Source of the DNA: Schmidtea polychroa
Lineage: Eukaryota
DNA: 64,000 nucleotides
Assembly (NCBI GenBank): GCA_044892525.1
Contig: CM097888.1
Location: 88,660,001 to 88,724,000 of the forward strand
Direction of reading: 5' to 3'
In this document: positions 1 through 14,743 of the stretch, in pieces
How positions within the stretch are numbered: position 1 is the first letter of the stretch
Layout: every line of letters begins with the position of its first letter
Notes under the pieces: generated by a model
The model's input: only the letters and a program-made list of their open reading frames with translations
What the model was told of the DNA's origin: nothing
Database searches by the model: none
Position numbers and translations under genes: made by a program

Positions 1-96
1 TTATTTGAAGAAAACATTGATATAAACAATATCAAAAAGTGAATATTTAATATTCTCATGACAATTTTATCCCATTAATTCCTTTCTGCCACTTAG

Positions 97-193
97 AGCT
101 TCTAAAGAGTGTCGATCAATTGAAACCTCTTTAAAATCACTAATGAGCTCTACTCAATACTTTGACATTCAACGGATACGAGAAGTTCTACTT
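97..193 (+). CDS. ITPR: ITPR exon (ELLKSVDQLKPLLKSLMSSTQYFDIQRIREVLL)
   Basis: AG acceptor at 95-96, GTAAG donor at 194, open frame. Confidence 0.55.
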
Positions 194-3100
194 GTAAGAA
201 GTGTTCTTTTATATTGACTTTTATTTCCCTACTCAACAAAAGATTCGACTTCTCAGAAATATAATTATGCAAATTTTATCAAAATATNNNNNNNNNNNNN
301 NNNNNNNNNNNNNNNNNNNNNNNNNNNNNNNNNNNNNNNNNNNNNNNNNNNNNNNNNNNNNNNNNNNNNNNNNNNNNNNNNNNNNNNNNNNNNNNNNNNN
401 NNNNNNNNNNNNNNNNNNNNNNNNNNNNNNNNNNNNNNNNNNNNNNNNNNNNNNNNNNNNNNNNNNNNNNNNNNNNNNNNNNNNNNNNNNNNNNNNNNNN
501 NNNNNNNNNNNNNNNNNNNNNNNNNNNNNNNNNNNNNNNNNNNNNNNNNNNNNNNNNNNNNNNNNNNNNNNNNNNNNNNNNNNNNNNNNNNNNNNNNNNN
601 NNNNNNNNNNNNNNNNNNNNNNNNNNNNNNNNNNNNNNNNNNNNNNNNNNNNNNNNNNNNNNNNNNNNNNNNNNCTTACTCATTACAAATATGATTCATT
701 ATTGCATAAAAGTTTGCTTTTTATAGCAAAATTTTTCAGTAGTCAAGAAACAGTTTTTACAACTGCGACTGACATGATGGTAAGTTTTCTAAATTATTAC
801 GAAGTCATGTTGAAAGAGTTATACAATAGATAACATATGATAAGGATTCCGATTCATGGTTGAAAATGATCCAGGATTTTGCCCCCCAATTGGACATCCT
901 TATTACAGGAGATTGGAACAATTCCGCATTGTCAAACTATCGCAGCATTCTTACATCCATCCGAGCGTAAAATTTATTTATTAATTCCATAATTTTCATG
1001 GGAGCTTTCAGTTATTGTACCTTACCCAGTTGTAACATTCCAAATGTCGTGTTCCAGAAAATTCTTTACAGCTGCAGTAAAACACGAAAATATATCATTG
1101 GAAATTATTTGCTTTCTAATTTAGATATTGTTGATATTTTATTCAAAGTTTTCGAGAAAGAATGCGGATCAAAAAGCGGATTTTCATCGAAAGTAAATTT
1201 AATTTATAATTCTTTATAAGTTGTTTTAATCATGCTGCAATTATTTTGGAAACTTCAGTTTATGTTTGTCTGCATTTGTCTGCTTATAGAGGATTGAATT
1301 TGGAAATCGTGGATATGATATATGACATTCGTTATGACATTCTCTACACCTTTACATTTTCACTCAATAATTCACCTCATGATATACACCTTGATATTTT
1401 TTGAACTAATACCACGATTTTGTTATCTTTGACTTCAGAAGGTCTTTCACTTTGAATCAATCAAACTTTTTAATAACTTTTTCATTGATTGTAGAAATCT
1501 TCTTTTGGACATCAACAGCCACCTTAAATTATAAACGATATTTATTCATTACATATTTAAAAGATGCGCTTGAAATATGATTTGAAATGAAGACGGCGTC
1601 AGTAGAGACGTCAGAATAAATGAATGAAACCTTTGATCACTCCAAATAGATTTGTAAACATTTTGTAAATTATTTAAACAAAAACCCATATTTACAATTT
1701 TTTTTATTAAAGACTTTATAATCAAGGCTTGAACAAATAAATGACATTTAACCTGACCATCTAAAGGTCTTGTAATTCCTAGAATGTCAAAATGTAGAAC
1801 GAAGCTCTCAAAGAACATACCTTTTATATTTATATTTCTGAAATTTATTATATTAGTATTAATTGAAAAAGATCTCAGAATTTGAGTGAATTTTAAATTA
1901 ATTTTTAAAATTAATTAATAATTAATAAAATTTATAAAAAAATGAATTATTTAAACAAATTCATTTGTCCAAAATAAGCAGAATATTTTTAGATAACCTT
2001 GAAATAAAAATGTCGTGTCGTCGATTAAAAAAAAATAAAATAAAAACATAAAAAAAAATAAAGCAAAGATACCCTTGAGTCATTGCAGATAAATATGAGT
2101 GCATTTAATAATAATGATATGCTTTCTGAATACTATTGGCTTTGAATGGTCACCATAATCCTCCGAAAAACATGATAAATTGTCATTGTAACTCTATCAG
2201 CTTTGCAAATTCCCAATCCATTATCAATTACTGGGAAAGTAATATCTTTTTCCATTTTTATTTTTCGTATCATTCAAATATAAAATAAATAACAAAATTC
2301 CACGAGAAAACTTTATTTAAATTTTGGAACCACAATTTGAATTAACCATAAAAATCACTTCCAAAAGAACATTGAACAAGCAAAATCGAAAAATCAAAAT
2401 TGAAGCGACAAAACAAATTTCGAAAAAACAATCAAAAAACCAAAATTAGAGATAATCGAATTAATTTCGAGAACCCCGCGTCTGTGTGCGCACACAGTAC
2501 CCTAATCAGCCAAAACCTCACCAATGAGCATACAGACGCGACAACAACTAACATAACCTAACAGTTTTTATTTGGTGTAAAGTAAGGTTTTTGACCACCC
2601 TAATTCTATGCTCTTTTTCTAATCTTTTACCTTTTGGTTTCTATAATTCTTATTTCTATAATTCCTGGTCAAATATAGCGATATATTAATAATAATGGAA
2701 GTAATTTCCTTGCATAGAACATTCTTCCGGATTTAATCAAAGAGGCTTTCTATTCGTGTCCTTATGTAAGCTTTAATTTCTCATAGCTTTGGGATAAGCC
2801 TTTTGAGCTCCTTACCAAATGATGTGCCTAATTGGAATAACAAAATTCAACATTTATTATAAATATAAATAATAATTATAAGAACTTTTTTTCCAATTTC
2901 ACCTCTGATTATTTTTTCCATTGAATTTATTAAAAAGAGGGCTTGAAGACTATAAATCAGTAATATATCGATGTTTTTTGATACTTGAAAAAGGCAGTGC
3001 CGAAAATTCGTGAGTATCAACAAACATCGATATATTACTAATTTATAGTCTTCAAGCTCTCTTTTTAATAAATTCAATAAATAATAAATAAATATATTTT

Positions 3101-6100
3101 TAAAAAAATTTATAATTTAGAAAGCTCATATTTACAGAAAGATATCAAAGATTCGTCCGGAAAATCATGTAAGATTATATTATTAAATAAAAATTAATTT
3201 CCCCTAATTGAATTAAAGGGAAAGATATATCTGATGTATGGAGAAACAATGGACTGCCTAAAGGTGATGGCTAAAGAAATGGTTGGCATACAGAACATTT
3301 TATTCAACAGACTCGATTTGATAATGTCTCTGGAAAATCAAACTATGATGAAGAAATTGTCCTTGATAAAAGTGATCTTTGCTGACCGGGAGGATCTGGT
3401 GGTCAATGTGTCACCAAATATCATTGAATGGCTTTTCAAATGGATCCGACTCCACAAAGAGGACGCACCGGATATATTGAATTTGATTTTGTGCCTAGGT
3501 CAAGTGCAATATACACAGAAATTGATCCGAAACAATTTTATTTGGATAGCCAAACTGATCATGAAATATTGGTTGGATTTTGGTTCGTTCTGTGAAATGA
3601 GTTTTGAAGAAAAGTAAGATATCTATTCTTATAAACTTGTAAAGGACTTTATTGAGACAGCATAACACAGTCGAATACTTCTGTGGAAATGTCTCAAGTA
3701 GGTTTTTGCAAAATTCTTTTATAAAGTTAATGTTAAGTTATAATTCTTAATCTACTGAAACTGCTATCCAAGATCCAGATGTAGTGATAGCGACATAGGT
3801 TAATTGCACCAAGGGTCCTCATATACTGACTGACAATATAAATATATATTATACTAGTTGGTCTACTCGGCGTTGATCGGGCACAATTCTTGCTTCTCGC
3901 TGTTCTTGCGTCTCATTTGCTCTTTCTGTTGCAGTCTGAGCTTTCATGTCTACAAGTCTTGCTTGTCGCTGCTATAGGGTTTTGTTTGTTCTTCTATTTT
4001 CTGTTCTTTTAGCAGAAGAATTAACAGATCCAATTGGCATTTGTCTTTTAGATAACATTATAAGAGAAATAAAATTTATTACAATATAATGATTTTACAA
4101 TAATTCAGTGTTTTGTACCTATGATAATAAAGAATTAATTTTTTATATCACTAGATTATAATAGTGAACAGATAGACAGATACAGTTTTATACATTGCAA
4201 GGCATGATGCTTATTACTAATGTAATGCAATAAAGCTATTTGGTGAAGGATTAGACAGAAAATGAAATACTGCATTACCGGATTGCATTAGTGCTGATCT
4301 GAATTGAACAGGCTTAACCTAAGAATTTAAATGGGACAAAGCGGTTTTTTTGTAATAATAACGATTTATGAGGATTTTTATATTAGATTCAATTAAAAAA
4401 ATTTCCGTATTTAGAAATTGTAACAAAGAAACACACATTTACAATTATATATAAGAAAAGGCAACATGAATTAACTCTAACCCATAGCTGCGCTACTAAT
4501 AGAGGGAAAGAATAATGCCGTAAGAAACTCTAATAATGCGACCAAAACATAGGAATCATTATAAGGCTTCATTAAGTCCGACATTCCTCTTGTGAATCTT
4601 TTGAGTTTACCATAAATTTTAATTTTAAATTTAATTAATCTCATTAATTTTGTTTTAATGAAATGTTTCAATCGATTTTGTCAATTTAGATTGGACTTAT
4701 TTTCCAAGGTTGACGACAGTCCAGAGAAAATGTTTTATCTTCGATTGTTATATTTGATTGGGGTTGCTGGAGAGGTTAGGAATGAATTGGTTTGATATTT
4801 TGAAACTTATTTATTTTTATTTTTAATTTATATCAACTTCCTCTAATTAAATACTATTCTGATTAAAACAAAGGTAGACACTGAGTAGAATACTGCAAAC
4901 TTCATCTAACAAAGTAAATCTTTACGTTGCTTATATCTTTCAATAAAAACCATTGGACTCCGAGAAAATTAAATATTAGGAAATATTAAAAAAAAAAATT
5001 CTGAATATTAAAACAAGTAATATTATAATGATACAAATTAGTTTCAAACTAACATTTAATACAACAGAAATTTGTATAATTTAATATCTCTCTATATATA
5101 AAAAAACTAAGGGTCCCTCCATCCGAAATTTACTATTTTTTGTTATTATTTTTTTTATTTTTATTTTATTTTATTTTTTTTTTTTATTTTTTTATTTTTA
5201 TGTTTTTTTAATTTTTTTTTGTACTTATAGTTCTATATTACTTTGAAACCGTTTATGCTATTATCTTTTATCATAGTTATGTAAACATATTAAGAATACC
5301 CTGGATATTAACTTTAACATTAACCCCACGTTCTAACGGGGTTGGTGAAGCGAAGCGAACAGAGGCAGAGCCCCTAGTAGTTTAAAACAATTTTATTGCA
5401 ATAAACCTTTAACCTTTTGAAAACTTCTGACTTTCAGTTGTTTTAATAAATATGAAAATAAATATTAAATAATTTATTGAATTTATCAAAAACAACTTTT
5501 GTTTTAATAACTTTATAAACAATATAAACAATTTTGATTTTCAAAAAATTCCCACATGAAATCCGCAGGCATTGAGGGTAATTACTCTAGTGGTATATAA
5601 ATAAATTTCTAATTTCACCAGTTGATTTAAACAATAAATATTAAAAAAATTGAAAATAAACCTTTCAATTGAAAATCAAAACTGTCTAATTGCATTCAAA
5701 AGTCTAATAATAGTCTCTATTATTTTCTATTTTTATAAGTTTTACATATTTAATACAAACGAAATTTTTCTTTAATTTCCCACCTCATCATTAAAACAAA
5801 ACAAAGATTCGTTAACTAGTGAATTCGTCTCGCTATGTTCGCTTCTCTATACTTACGATGTATAATGATAAGCTAGTAAGTTTTATTGTCCCGTCCGTCA
5901 GTACAAATGTTTTTAATTATTTCTCAACTATTTAATGAATTTTTCATTTTATATTATTTGTTTAAATTGAGCTGGAAAAAAATAATAATATCAATGAGCT
6001 TTCAACTAAGTAATTTTCAACAAATAGAGAAATTTCATCAATTCTAATTTTAATAAATACAAGAATGTTTTAATCAACAAAAATGAAATTTAATTCAACA

Positions 6101-9100
6101 GTTTTAATTGTTGGGAAATATTTATTTTAAGATAATTGCAAATATTTTTTATAATTAATTATGAAAATTTATCAAATTTTCACATTAATATTTTTTTGTC
6201 TTGTAAATAATCCCATTAAGTAATAATGTAGCTACTAATCCCACTCTAAGTTATGTGGCCTAGAAAAATAATAATTCATTACAAGTACTCGTATAATAAT
6301 AATAAAATTTTTGTCCTTTAAATATTACCCAATGAAAACCATTTGAGTAGCTCATTAGTTACTGTTACCATGACTATTAGACAAAAATTCATATCAATAA
6401 GGTCAATTCATTTTATATAAATTTAAATAATATCAGCAAACTTTTAATAATTGAATAAAGTTAACTGATTAATTATCAGTTCATGTCTCGCACATGTGTG
6501 CGATTTTTGGCTTGGACATTTGGATTGATTTGTGTGCGCACACAGACGCGGATAATTTTGGAGTTTGGTGATCAAATTTTTGTGATTGTTTCAAAGATTG
6601 GTTTTCCAGAAGGGTTTTGTTTGAAAATAAATTTTGAAAATTTTCTTTAATGGCTACGATTAATACAGATAATTACTATTATCATAAATGCAACAGGGAC
6701 GTTCACATATCTCAGAATGGTAAATGTGTGACGTGCAATGACGGATTTATTGAAAGAATTGAATCTGATAACTCAATGGAAAGTGATGATGATGCCTTGA
6801 ATGTTTTTCATATTATTCGTCATATTCCTGGTGGAAGTACTACAAACGAAACTGATGGTTCTTTTTTATGACTCCAAGAGATCCTGATAACAGAAATAGT
6901 GTTTTTTTGGCCAATCAAAGTTTCGACAATTTTGTAACGAGTATTATGAATCAATTTGAACAGAGTTGTCCTCCACCAGCAAATGAGGCAGATATTTAGA
7001 AATTACAAGTCAAGAAAATCTACGAAGCTAATGATACAGGTTCTATTTGTCTGACAGATTATGAGGTGGCCGATGAAGTGTACAAGTTGCCCTGTCAGCA
7101 TAGATATCTAAAAACATGGATAATTAAACATTAACTAATCATATTATAAAAAAACATTGCGCTATATATTTCGAACGTTTATCAATCTTTTTCAGGCTAA
7201 AACTCACACTTAGAATGCTAACTGAAAATAAAGAACATCAAAACAAATTAATAAATAACAATCGTCTTCAAACTGTATCAAAATATTTCACAAAATTCTA
7301 AAATTAAATTAATTTAAAAAAAATAATAAATATATCACACTTAATTACTAAACCCTTAGTTGACTAAAGGAATGGAAAAAAATACTGATATCTGACCAAA
7401 GGTACTTTCCTAAAAAGAAGTAGAGCTGGACCATTATACTCTTGACCTTTATGATCCTGAACTAATTTGACTATGAAATATTTTTTATGGGTCAAATTTA
7501 TTATAAGTATACGTATGTCTAAGATTGTAATGTGGCAAATAAACCTTTCGCTGCCTATCAGGTCAGTTACGTCTGATGGAAGGTTAGGATACTTTGGTGT
7601 AATTCTAAATATCAAGCATTTTTATTTGTTGTTATTTTCTCTTTCACAACCTTTGAGCACCAGAATATTTCTTTTCAATTGAATGCAATTTCCTATAAAT
7701 TATTTTCAGATGGGATTAGAATTTGTGGAATCATTCGGACAAACAGTTCTGAGTCTCGACAATTGTCTAAATCTGTTTTCTGAAATTGCAGACCTTCTCG
7801 TCCAAAGATCAATTCTGAAATTTGTCTCAGAGATTTATATAAAATCCGAAAGCAATTTCAAACATACGAATTATATTGTGACAGATGTGTAAGTATATAT
7901 TTTATGGGAATCGGATGAATTTCATTATTTCACCCTCTGATAGGACATTATTGTTAAAGGGACGGTAAGAAATTTGCTTTTTAGTTCATTTGTTTCATCA
8001 CGTATATCTGGATTGATATTTGTGATGTGCACGGTTTATGCGTTACATATTGCACTATTTTATGCACGGTGTATTAATTTTATAAATATGTTTAATACTC
8101 TATTAATAATTCCTGCCAATAACATTTTAAAGGTTTTGTTTTGTGTTCCGATTATTTACACCAACGCCTACCAATTAAGGGCAGCCTGGACATTTATTAA
8201 GGGTATGTAAGACATTTATTACGACTAGTAATGTTCGCGTTTAATTTTTTACCAACTTTTTTCTTTTCAATAATGGATGTAAATAGAAATATTAAAGACA
8301 CGTATAAGTTTTTGTGTTTATATGATATATTTTTATCGATTTTCATAGATCATTAGTGTTGTTCATTTATATTTCAAATTAATTTTTCGATCTTTCAAAA
8401 TATTTTTTGTCTTTCCATATGAATTTCCCTTAATTGATGTCCTTGAATAAGTTATGCATTTTTTCTATAATAATAATTTATAATAAATCCTTCAACATTT
8501 ATTACCTACCTTCTATTTGATGGTCGTTGGTGTAATAACATATTCAATTTTTTAAATTCCCAGAATTATCATACTTTTTATATATTTTGTTTTTATATAA
8601 AAGCTTTTTGAAAATTACATGAAAAAAGTTAGTTACTCGTTATTTGCAGAATCATATACAATTCTCTTTATTGAAAATTTGTTTTGGCCTTTTAGAAAAA
8701 TTATGGTTGATACTTGGTGCAATAGTCCACAAATCTAACAAACTGTAACAAATTTCATCATTAAATAGTAATAATACTTACTTTTAATACATACAGAAAT
8801 TAAAATGCCTATATTGAATCCAGTGAATTATTAGGGGGTATCTTAGGAAATTGCATTTCCGTTATCATATTATTACATGGAGAAATATCCATTCAATTCA
8901 CCGCAAAAAAATTCTGTTTCCTTATTAAAGCAACGCTTGATAGAATTATTATTAAATTTGTTTGTCAATTTCACAGTTTAAGAACATTTTTCAAATTTAG
9001 TAATAAAAATCTTATTTTAATTTTAACATGGTTTATTTCCTATTTCAAGTAATGATATTAATAGATCATTTTTAGAAGTCATTATTTTATTACTATTAAT

Positions 9101-12100
9101 TTTATAATTAATTTATAATTATTTTTATTATTTTTATTATTAATATTAACATTTCAAGAAGAAATAATAATATTAAATATTAAATCAATTATCTAACCAA
9201 GTCACTATGACCTTGATATACAACGAATAAGGCAATAAATTTAGTGTGTATCCAATGAAGTACGTATGCATTTGTGTGTATGATATGTATCAATGAGCAC
9301 ACTTAAACCAATAATACTTCCTTTCTATATTATGCAATTGTATTTTATTGTAATTTTGGGTTTGGAGTTTAGCAAATAAATATTTCACTCAAATTATTAT
9401 TAATATTATTTATATTAGCATAAATAATTCCCTTTGCTTATTGAAATTAGTATGTGATAATGTTATTAATTCAAATTAACATTTTTCATATGAAACATTT
9501 CGATCAACGGATAATGCAATTAGTCTTATCGTGTTAATCACTCATCATCAAAGGAAATAAAACAACATTAAAACAAAATTTGTACAAAAATAATTTTGAT
9601 GAAAATGAAAAAGTTCAAACTTTAATCGAAAAGTCAAAAAAAAATTAAATTAATTTTTATTTTGTCTCACTAAATGTTAAATGACATTGGGGGGGGGGCT
9701 TAGTTCAAGGAAATATAAAACCGAGTTGACCTTGATTGCCATAAGAATTGTAAAATCTGAGTCTCCTTTTCAAGGATTCTGGAACCATTTGTATTGAGCA
9801 TGTATACTAATCTGTATGATTATTTCAATTTCTAAAGGAAATATATCCCATTTCTTCATTCACTTATTTTTCCACTTATTTATTCACTTTTTCTATGGTA
9901 TTTTAAACGATCTCTTACATTCTACTTTTTCAACAATATTTAGACGAAGACATTAATACAAAATAGGAAACCGATTTTATGGAAAAGAATTTTTTAATTT
10001 TTTAAGATAAATATTAATTTATTTTTTTAAATAGAAAATAATATTTATTTACATTTTAAATTAATAACATTGACTAAATTTATAATTTTTAAAAATATTA
10101 GAAAAATAAAAATAAAATGAAAAACAAAAAATATTTTAATCAATATTTTCCAAAAGAACCCAAATNNNNNNNNNNNNNNNNNNNNNNNNNNNNNNNNNNN
10201 NNNNNNNNNNNNNNNNNNNNNNNNNNNNNNNNNNNNNNNNNNNNNNNNNNNNNNNNNNNNNNNNNNNNNNNNNNNNNNNNNNNNNNNNNNNNNNNNNNNN
10301 NNNNNNNNNNNNNNNNNNNNNNNNNNNNNNNNNNNNNNNNNNNNNNNNNNNNNNNNNNNNNNNNNNNNNNNNNNNNNNNNNNNNNNNNNNNNNNNNNNNN
10401 NNNNNNNNGAAGAAAATTAATTTTCGTTCTATGATAAAATTTAAAATTTTATTGACAATTTTTGGAAATTATTGATTTATTAATTTTATAGTTATAAAAT
10501 CAATAAAAATTTTGAATTTTATTTTCTAAATTTATACGGCAGAAAATTTTCAAGCTTGTTATAAATTCTGGCTGAATTAAATAGAAAAATTGGTACTTTA
10601 TTTAAACAAGTGTTTATTAATTATTTAATAAATTATTTTATTTTTGAATTCCACGCCTCAGTGGTTCAGTAAAACAATTTTAGCAAATTTTTTTCTATTC
10701 AGAATTATTGTGAATTTCATCTGAATTTTTACAACAAAATTATTCTGTTGATTCCCGTTTTGATTTGCTCATGGGATTGTAACAGGTTCCGTTGTGGGAA
10801 TATTTTGTTTTAATTAATCGGAAATTACAGTTCAAATACATATAATTTATTCAACATTTACAATTGTTGATTTCAATTGATTTTCAAAATTTTTCGTTAT
10901 GTTTAATTTCAAAATAGTTTTGACATTTTAAACAAAAGAGACTAATTAATAAAAAATTTGATAGGTCTATATATGGTATATAATACATCTCTGTATAACG
11001 TTATGAGTCTTATGGAGAGGAGGGTTTATTAGTTCAAAACCAACATGTCCTAAATAGTTTTTGAAGTTTCTGAACAGCTTTAATGACTGTAAGAACTTTG
11101 AATTGATAAAGATTCTCTTAAAATAGTTGATCTATCAACTTTCGGTAGTAAGATCAAACCTTAAAATAGTAACAAAAGGTGAAGGGGGATCAATGTTTGA
11201 TTCCGAAGAAGTAGTCAGAGACACGCCTACCATATATGAGGAACGTATCAAGCGTGAAAATTGTCCAATATCGGTTTAATGAGGTAGTGACGATAAATAA
11301 CAATGTAGACGACCCTTAGAGATATATCATTGCAATAAGATTAAAACACATTTCCAACAGCTATAGTAATCCCAATTCCAAAAAATATATATAAATTCGT
11401 TGCAGTTAAAAATCTCGAAGTAATGTGACTGAATTCTTCCATAAAGATTTTGTAAAATCTAGGTTTGCTGACATTTTGAATTATGCTATATTTTCTGGTA
11501 TTCAGTGAAACAAAACCAAATAAACCAAAAAAAAATAAACTGCAATGAAATATAACTATTATTCTAATATCGAATTAATAATTATTTTAATTTTATTTTT
11601 ATAGACTCTTTTGGAACGTCATAGAATCCATCAAGGAAACGAATGTCAAATGGCTTGATAAATTAAAACAAATGTCACCTCAATATCAATATGATGTTTT
11701 GTTGGCAATTCGTGATGCAGAGTAAGCAAAAGCATTGCAANNNNNNNNNNNNNNNNNNNNNNNNNNNNNNNNNNNNNNNNNNNNNNNNNNNNNNNNNNNN
11801 NNNNNNNNNNNNNNNNNNNNNNNNNNNNNNNNNNNNNNNNNNNNNNNNNNNNNNNNNNNNNNNNNNNNNNNNNNNNNNNNNNNNNNNNNNNNNNNNNNNN
11901 NNNNNNNNNNNNNNNNNNNNNNNNNNNNNNNNNNNNNNNNNNNNNNNNNNNNNNNNNNNNNNNNNNNNNNNNNNNNNNNNNNNNNNNNNNNNNNNNNNNN
12001 NNNNNNNNNNNNNNNNNNNNNNNNNNNNNNNNNNNNNNNNNNNNNNNCGCTTCGCTTCACCATCCCCGATAGAAAGTGAGGTTAATGTTAAAATTAATAT

Positions 12101-14688
12101 CCAGGTAAAATAAAATTTAAAAAAAAATAAAAAAAAATAAATAAATAAAAAAAATAAATTAAAAAAAAGTAGAATTCGGATGGAGAGGACCCTTAGCTTT
12201 TCTATATNNNNNNNNNNNNNNNNNNNNNNNNNNNNNNNNNNNNNNNNNNNNNNNNNNNNNNNNNNNNNNNNNNNNNNNNNNNNNNNNNNNNNNNNNNNNN
12301 NNNNNNNNNNNNNNNNNNNNNNNNNNNNNNNNNNNNNNNNNNNNNNNNNNNNNNNNNNNNNNNNNNNNNNNNNNNNNNNNNNNNNNNNNNNNNNNNNNNN
12401 NNNNNNNNNNNNNNNNNNNNNNNNNNNNNNNNNTCCCGATTATTTATACATGTCATGGCTGATGGATGGCGTCATACCATTTATGACAGTAAGATTAGAA
12501 ATGATGTATTAGTTTTAAAGGATTCCTAGGAAACTTTGAAAGCTCAAACGACCTCACCGGTAACGGTTACGCAGCAACAGTTGATGATAGAAAATGTCAA
12601 ACTTATCATTCAAATTTTGACAATTCTTTCACCAAATTTTTCCATTTTACACCAAATCGAAATTGCGACCGGCTATTTGTTTGCAGCGGTCTTGTCAAAC
12701 TATGAAAGATACATCAGCCTTGAACCTGTCATTGTCAAACTTAGTAGCAATGTTCGCAGTGACAGCGTCAATTCCAGGCAAACATTTAAGGAATTTCTTC
12801 AAACCCACAAAGAGGAAATAGATTTGAATCGGGAATTCAAAAACTTTCTCAATAACACTCACTCGCTTTTAGTGGGGAAAAATAGTGCAGATAGCCAGAT
12901 AAAATATCCAGGGCATCCAAACGGTAATTTATAGGTTTTTTTATAAATGCTAAGTAAAGATATCCGNNNNNNNNNNNNNNNNNNNNNNNNNNNNNNNNNN
13001 NNNNNNNNNNNNNNNNNNNNNNNNNNNNNNNNNNNNNNNNNNNNNNNNNNNNNNNNNNNNNNNNNNNNNNNNNNNNNNNNNNNNNNNNNNNNNNNNNNNN
13101 NNNNNNNNNNNNNNNNNNNNNNNNNNAAACATGCGTTCAATTATAATGTCACCTGGTGTCAAATAATAAATAAAACTGCAATATTTATTTATATATTCAA
13201 TATTTATATTCTATTTCTCATAATTATTCATTTCCCTATGAACACTGAAAATCTTTATCCATATGAATATTTTTTTCTTTATCTTCAGTAAGAATTTTCA
13301 GATCCTCCCCAAAAGCGTTTTTCTTAAATTTTAATATAATAATTTTTTTTGTATTTTTATGTTTGAATTGTCATCATAATAATTTTTTACATTCTATTTA
13401 ATTTTTCACAATTTAATATTTGAATTTTTTCACAATTTTTGGCCTCCTATAATTTATTTATACATTTAAAATCAGTATAATATAAAAAACACTGATTTTC
13501 AAAACATTTATATAGATGGGGGGACCTTCACCATTGCATTAGCGGAGGTTAAATGTCACTAAATATATAAAAAATTGTTCTGATGAAATTTTCTATTTAC
13601 AAACATTTCGTAATATAAATAAAAATCTATTTATAATCTTTTTATTAATAATTTTCAAAAAAAAAGAGTAGCAAGATAATATCTGTTCATCATCTTACTG
13701 TCACTTGAAGGGTATCCGTTTATATGTCAAGCTTTCCATATGTCAATCATTCGTACGTTTCGTAACAATTATCCAATACAATCATAATTATATTAAATTA
13801 TATTAATAATATAAAATTAAAAAATTCTGTCAATTATTCCGAAATATTTAAACAAATTAATTTGATAAATATTTCTGTATTTCTGTGACATTGTTGATTT
13901 AACTATATGATACAAGCAATTATATAAAATAAATAATTATTAATATTTTAATAATAAATTAAATATAAAGTGATAATTTAAGCCTTTTGCTGCGAATAAT
14001 GTATTTAATGAAAATATTTTCGACTATAAGATTTGTCAATTGACAAGGACTATCTTATTGTCGAAAGTTTTTTCATTAAATACATTATTCACAGTAAAAG
14101 GCTTAAATTATCACTTTATTGTTTTTATTAATAAATTTAATTAAAAATTGCTATATATAACATATATTACAGTTAAAGTTTTAAATTCAGCTAAAGTATA
14201 CAGTCACCAGTAAATGCATGCATGTGAATTTTTAGACAATAATAAGATAATAATAAAATGCACACTATATTTAGCTAAGATATTCAGTATTGCAACATGG
14301 CATACTAGAATGACTTTTATGTAATTTAAGAGAGAATGTATTCATTGTCTAAGTTTAATGGACAATGGAACTGAATGCTGTGATTCATCTATAATATATG
14401 TTTTCTTTCAGATATGTCTATTTGTCATATAAAGCAGAAATATTTAAAATAAAATTTTACTGAAATAACATCACGCAAATTTCCTTATCCTTCAACAATA
14501 AGCCCACTCAACGCTATCAAGTATCATTTGATTTAGAAACTTTCTCATTCCAAACAATTCATAAAATTATATTTTAATTATTAATTAAAATTAATTATTA
14601 CATCATTCAAAATATATAATTTAAATAATTTGCGAGTCTAAAGAATGAAATTTTTAGCAATAGAAAAATTCAGTAAACAATGACAGAA

Positions 14689-14743
<55 letters not shown>

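Noticed and set aside
1585-1615. GACGGCGTC / GACGTC hairpins as a ribozyme
   Set aside because: No core on either strand.
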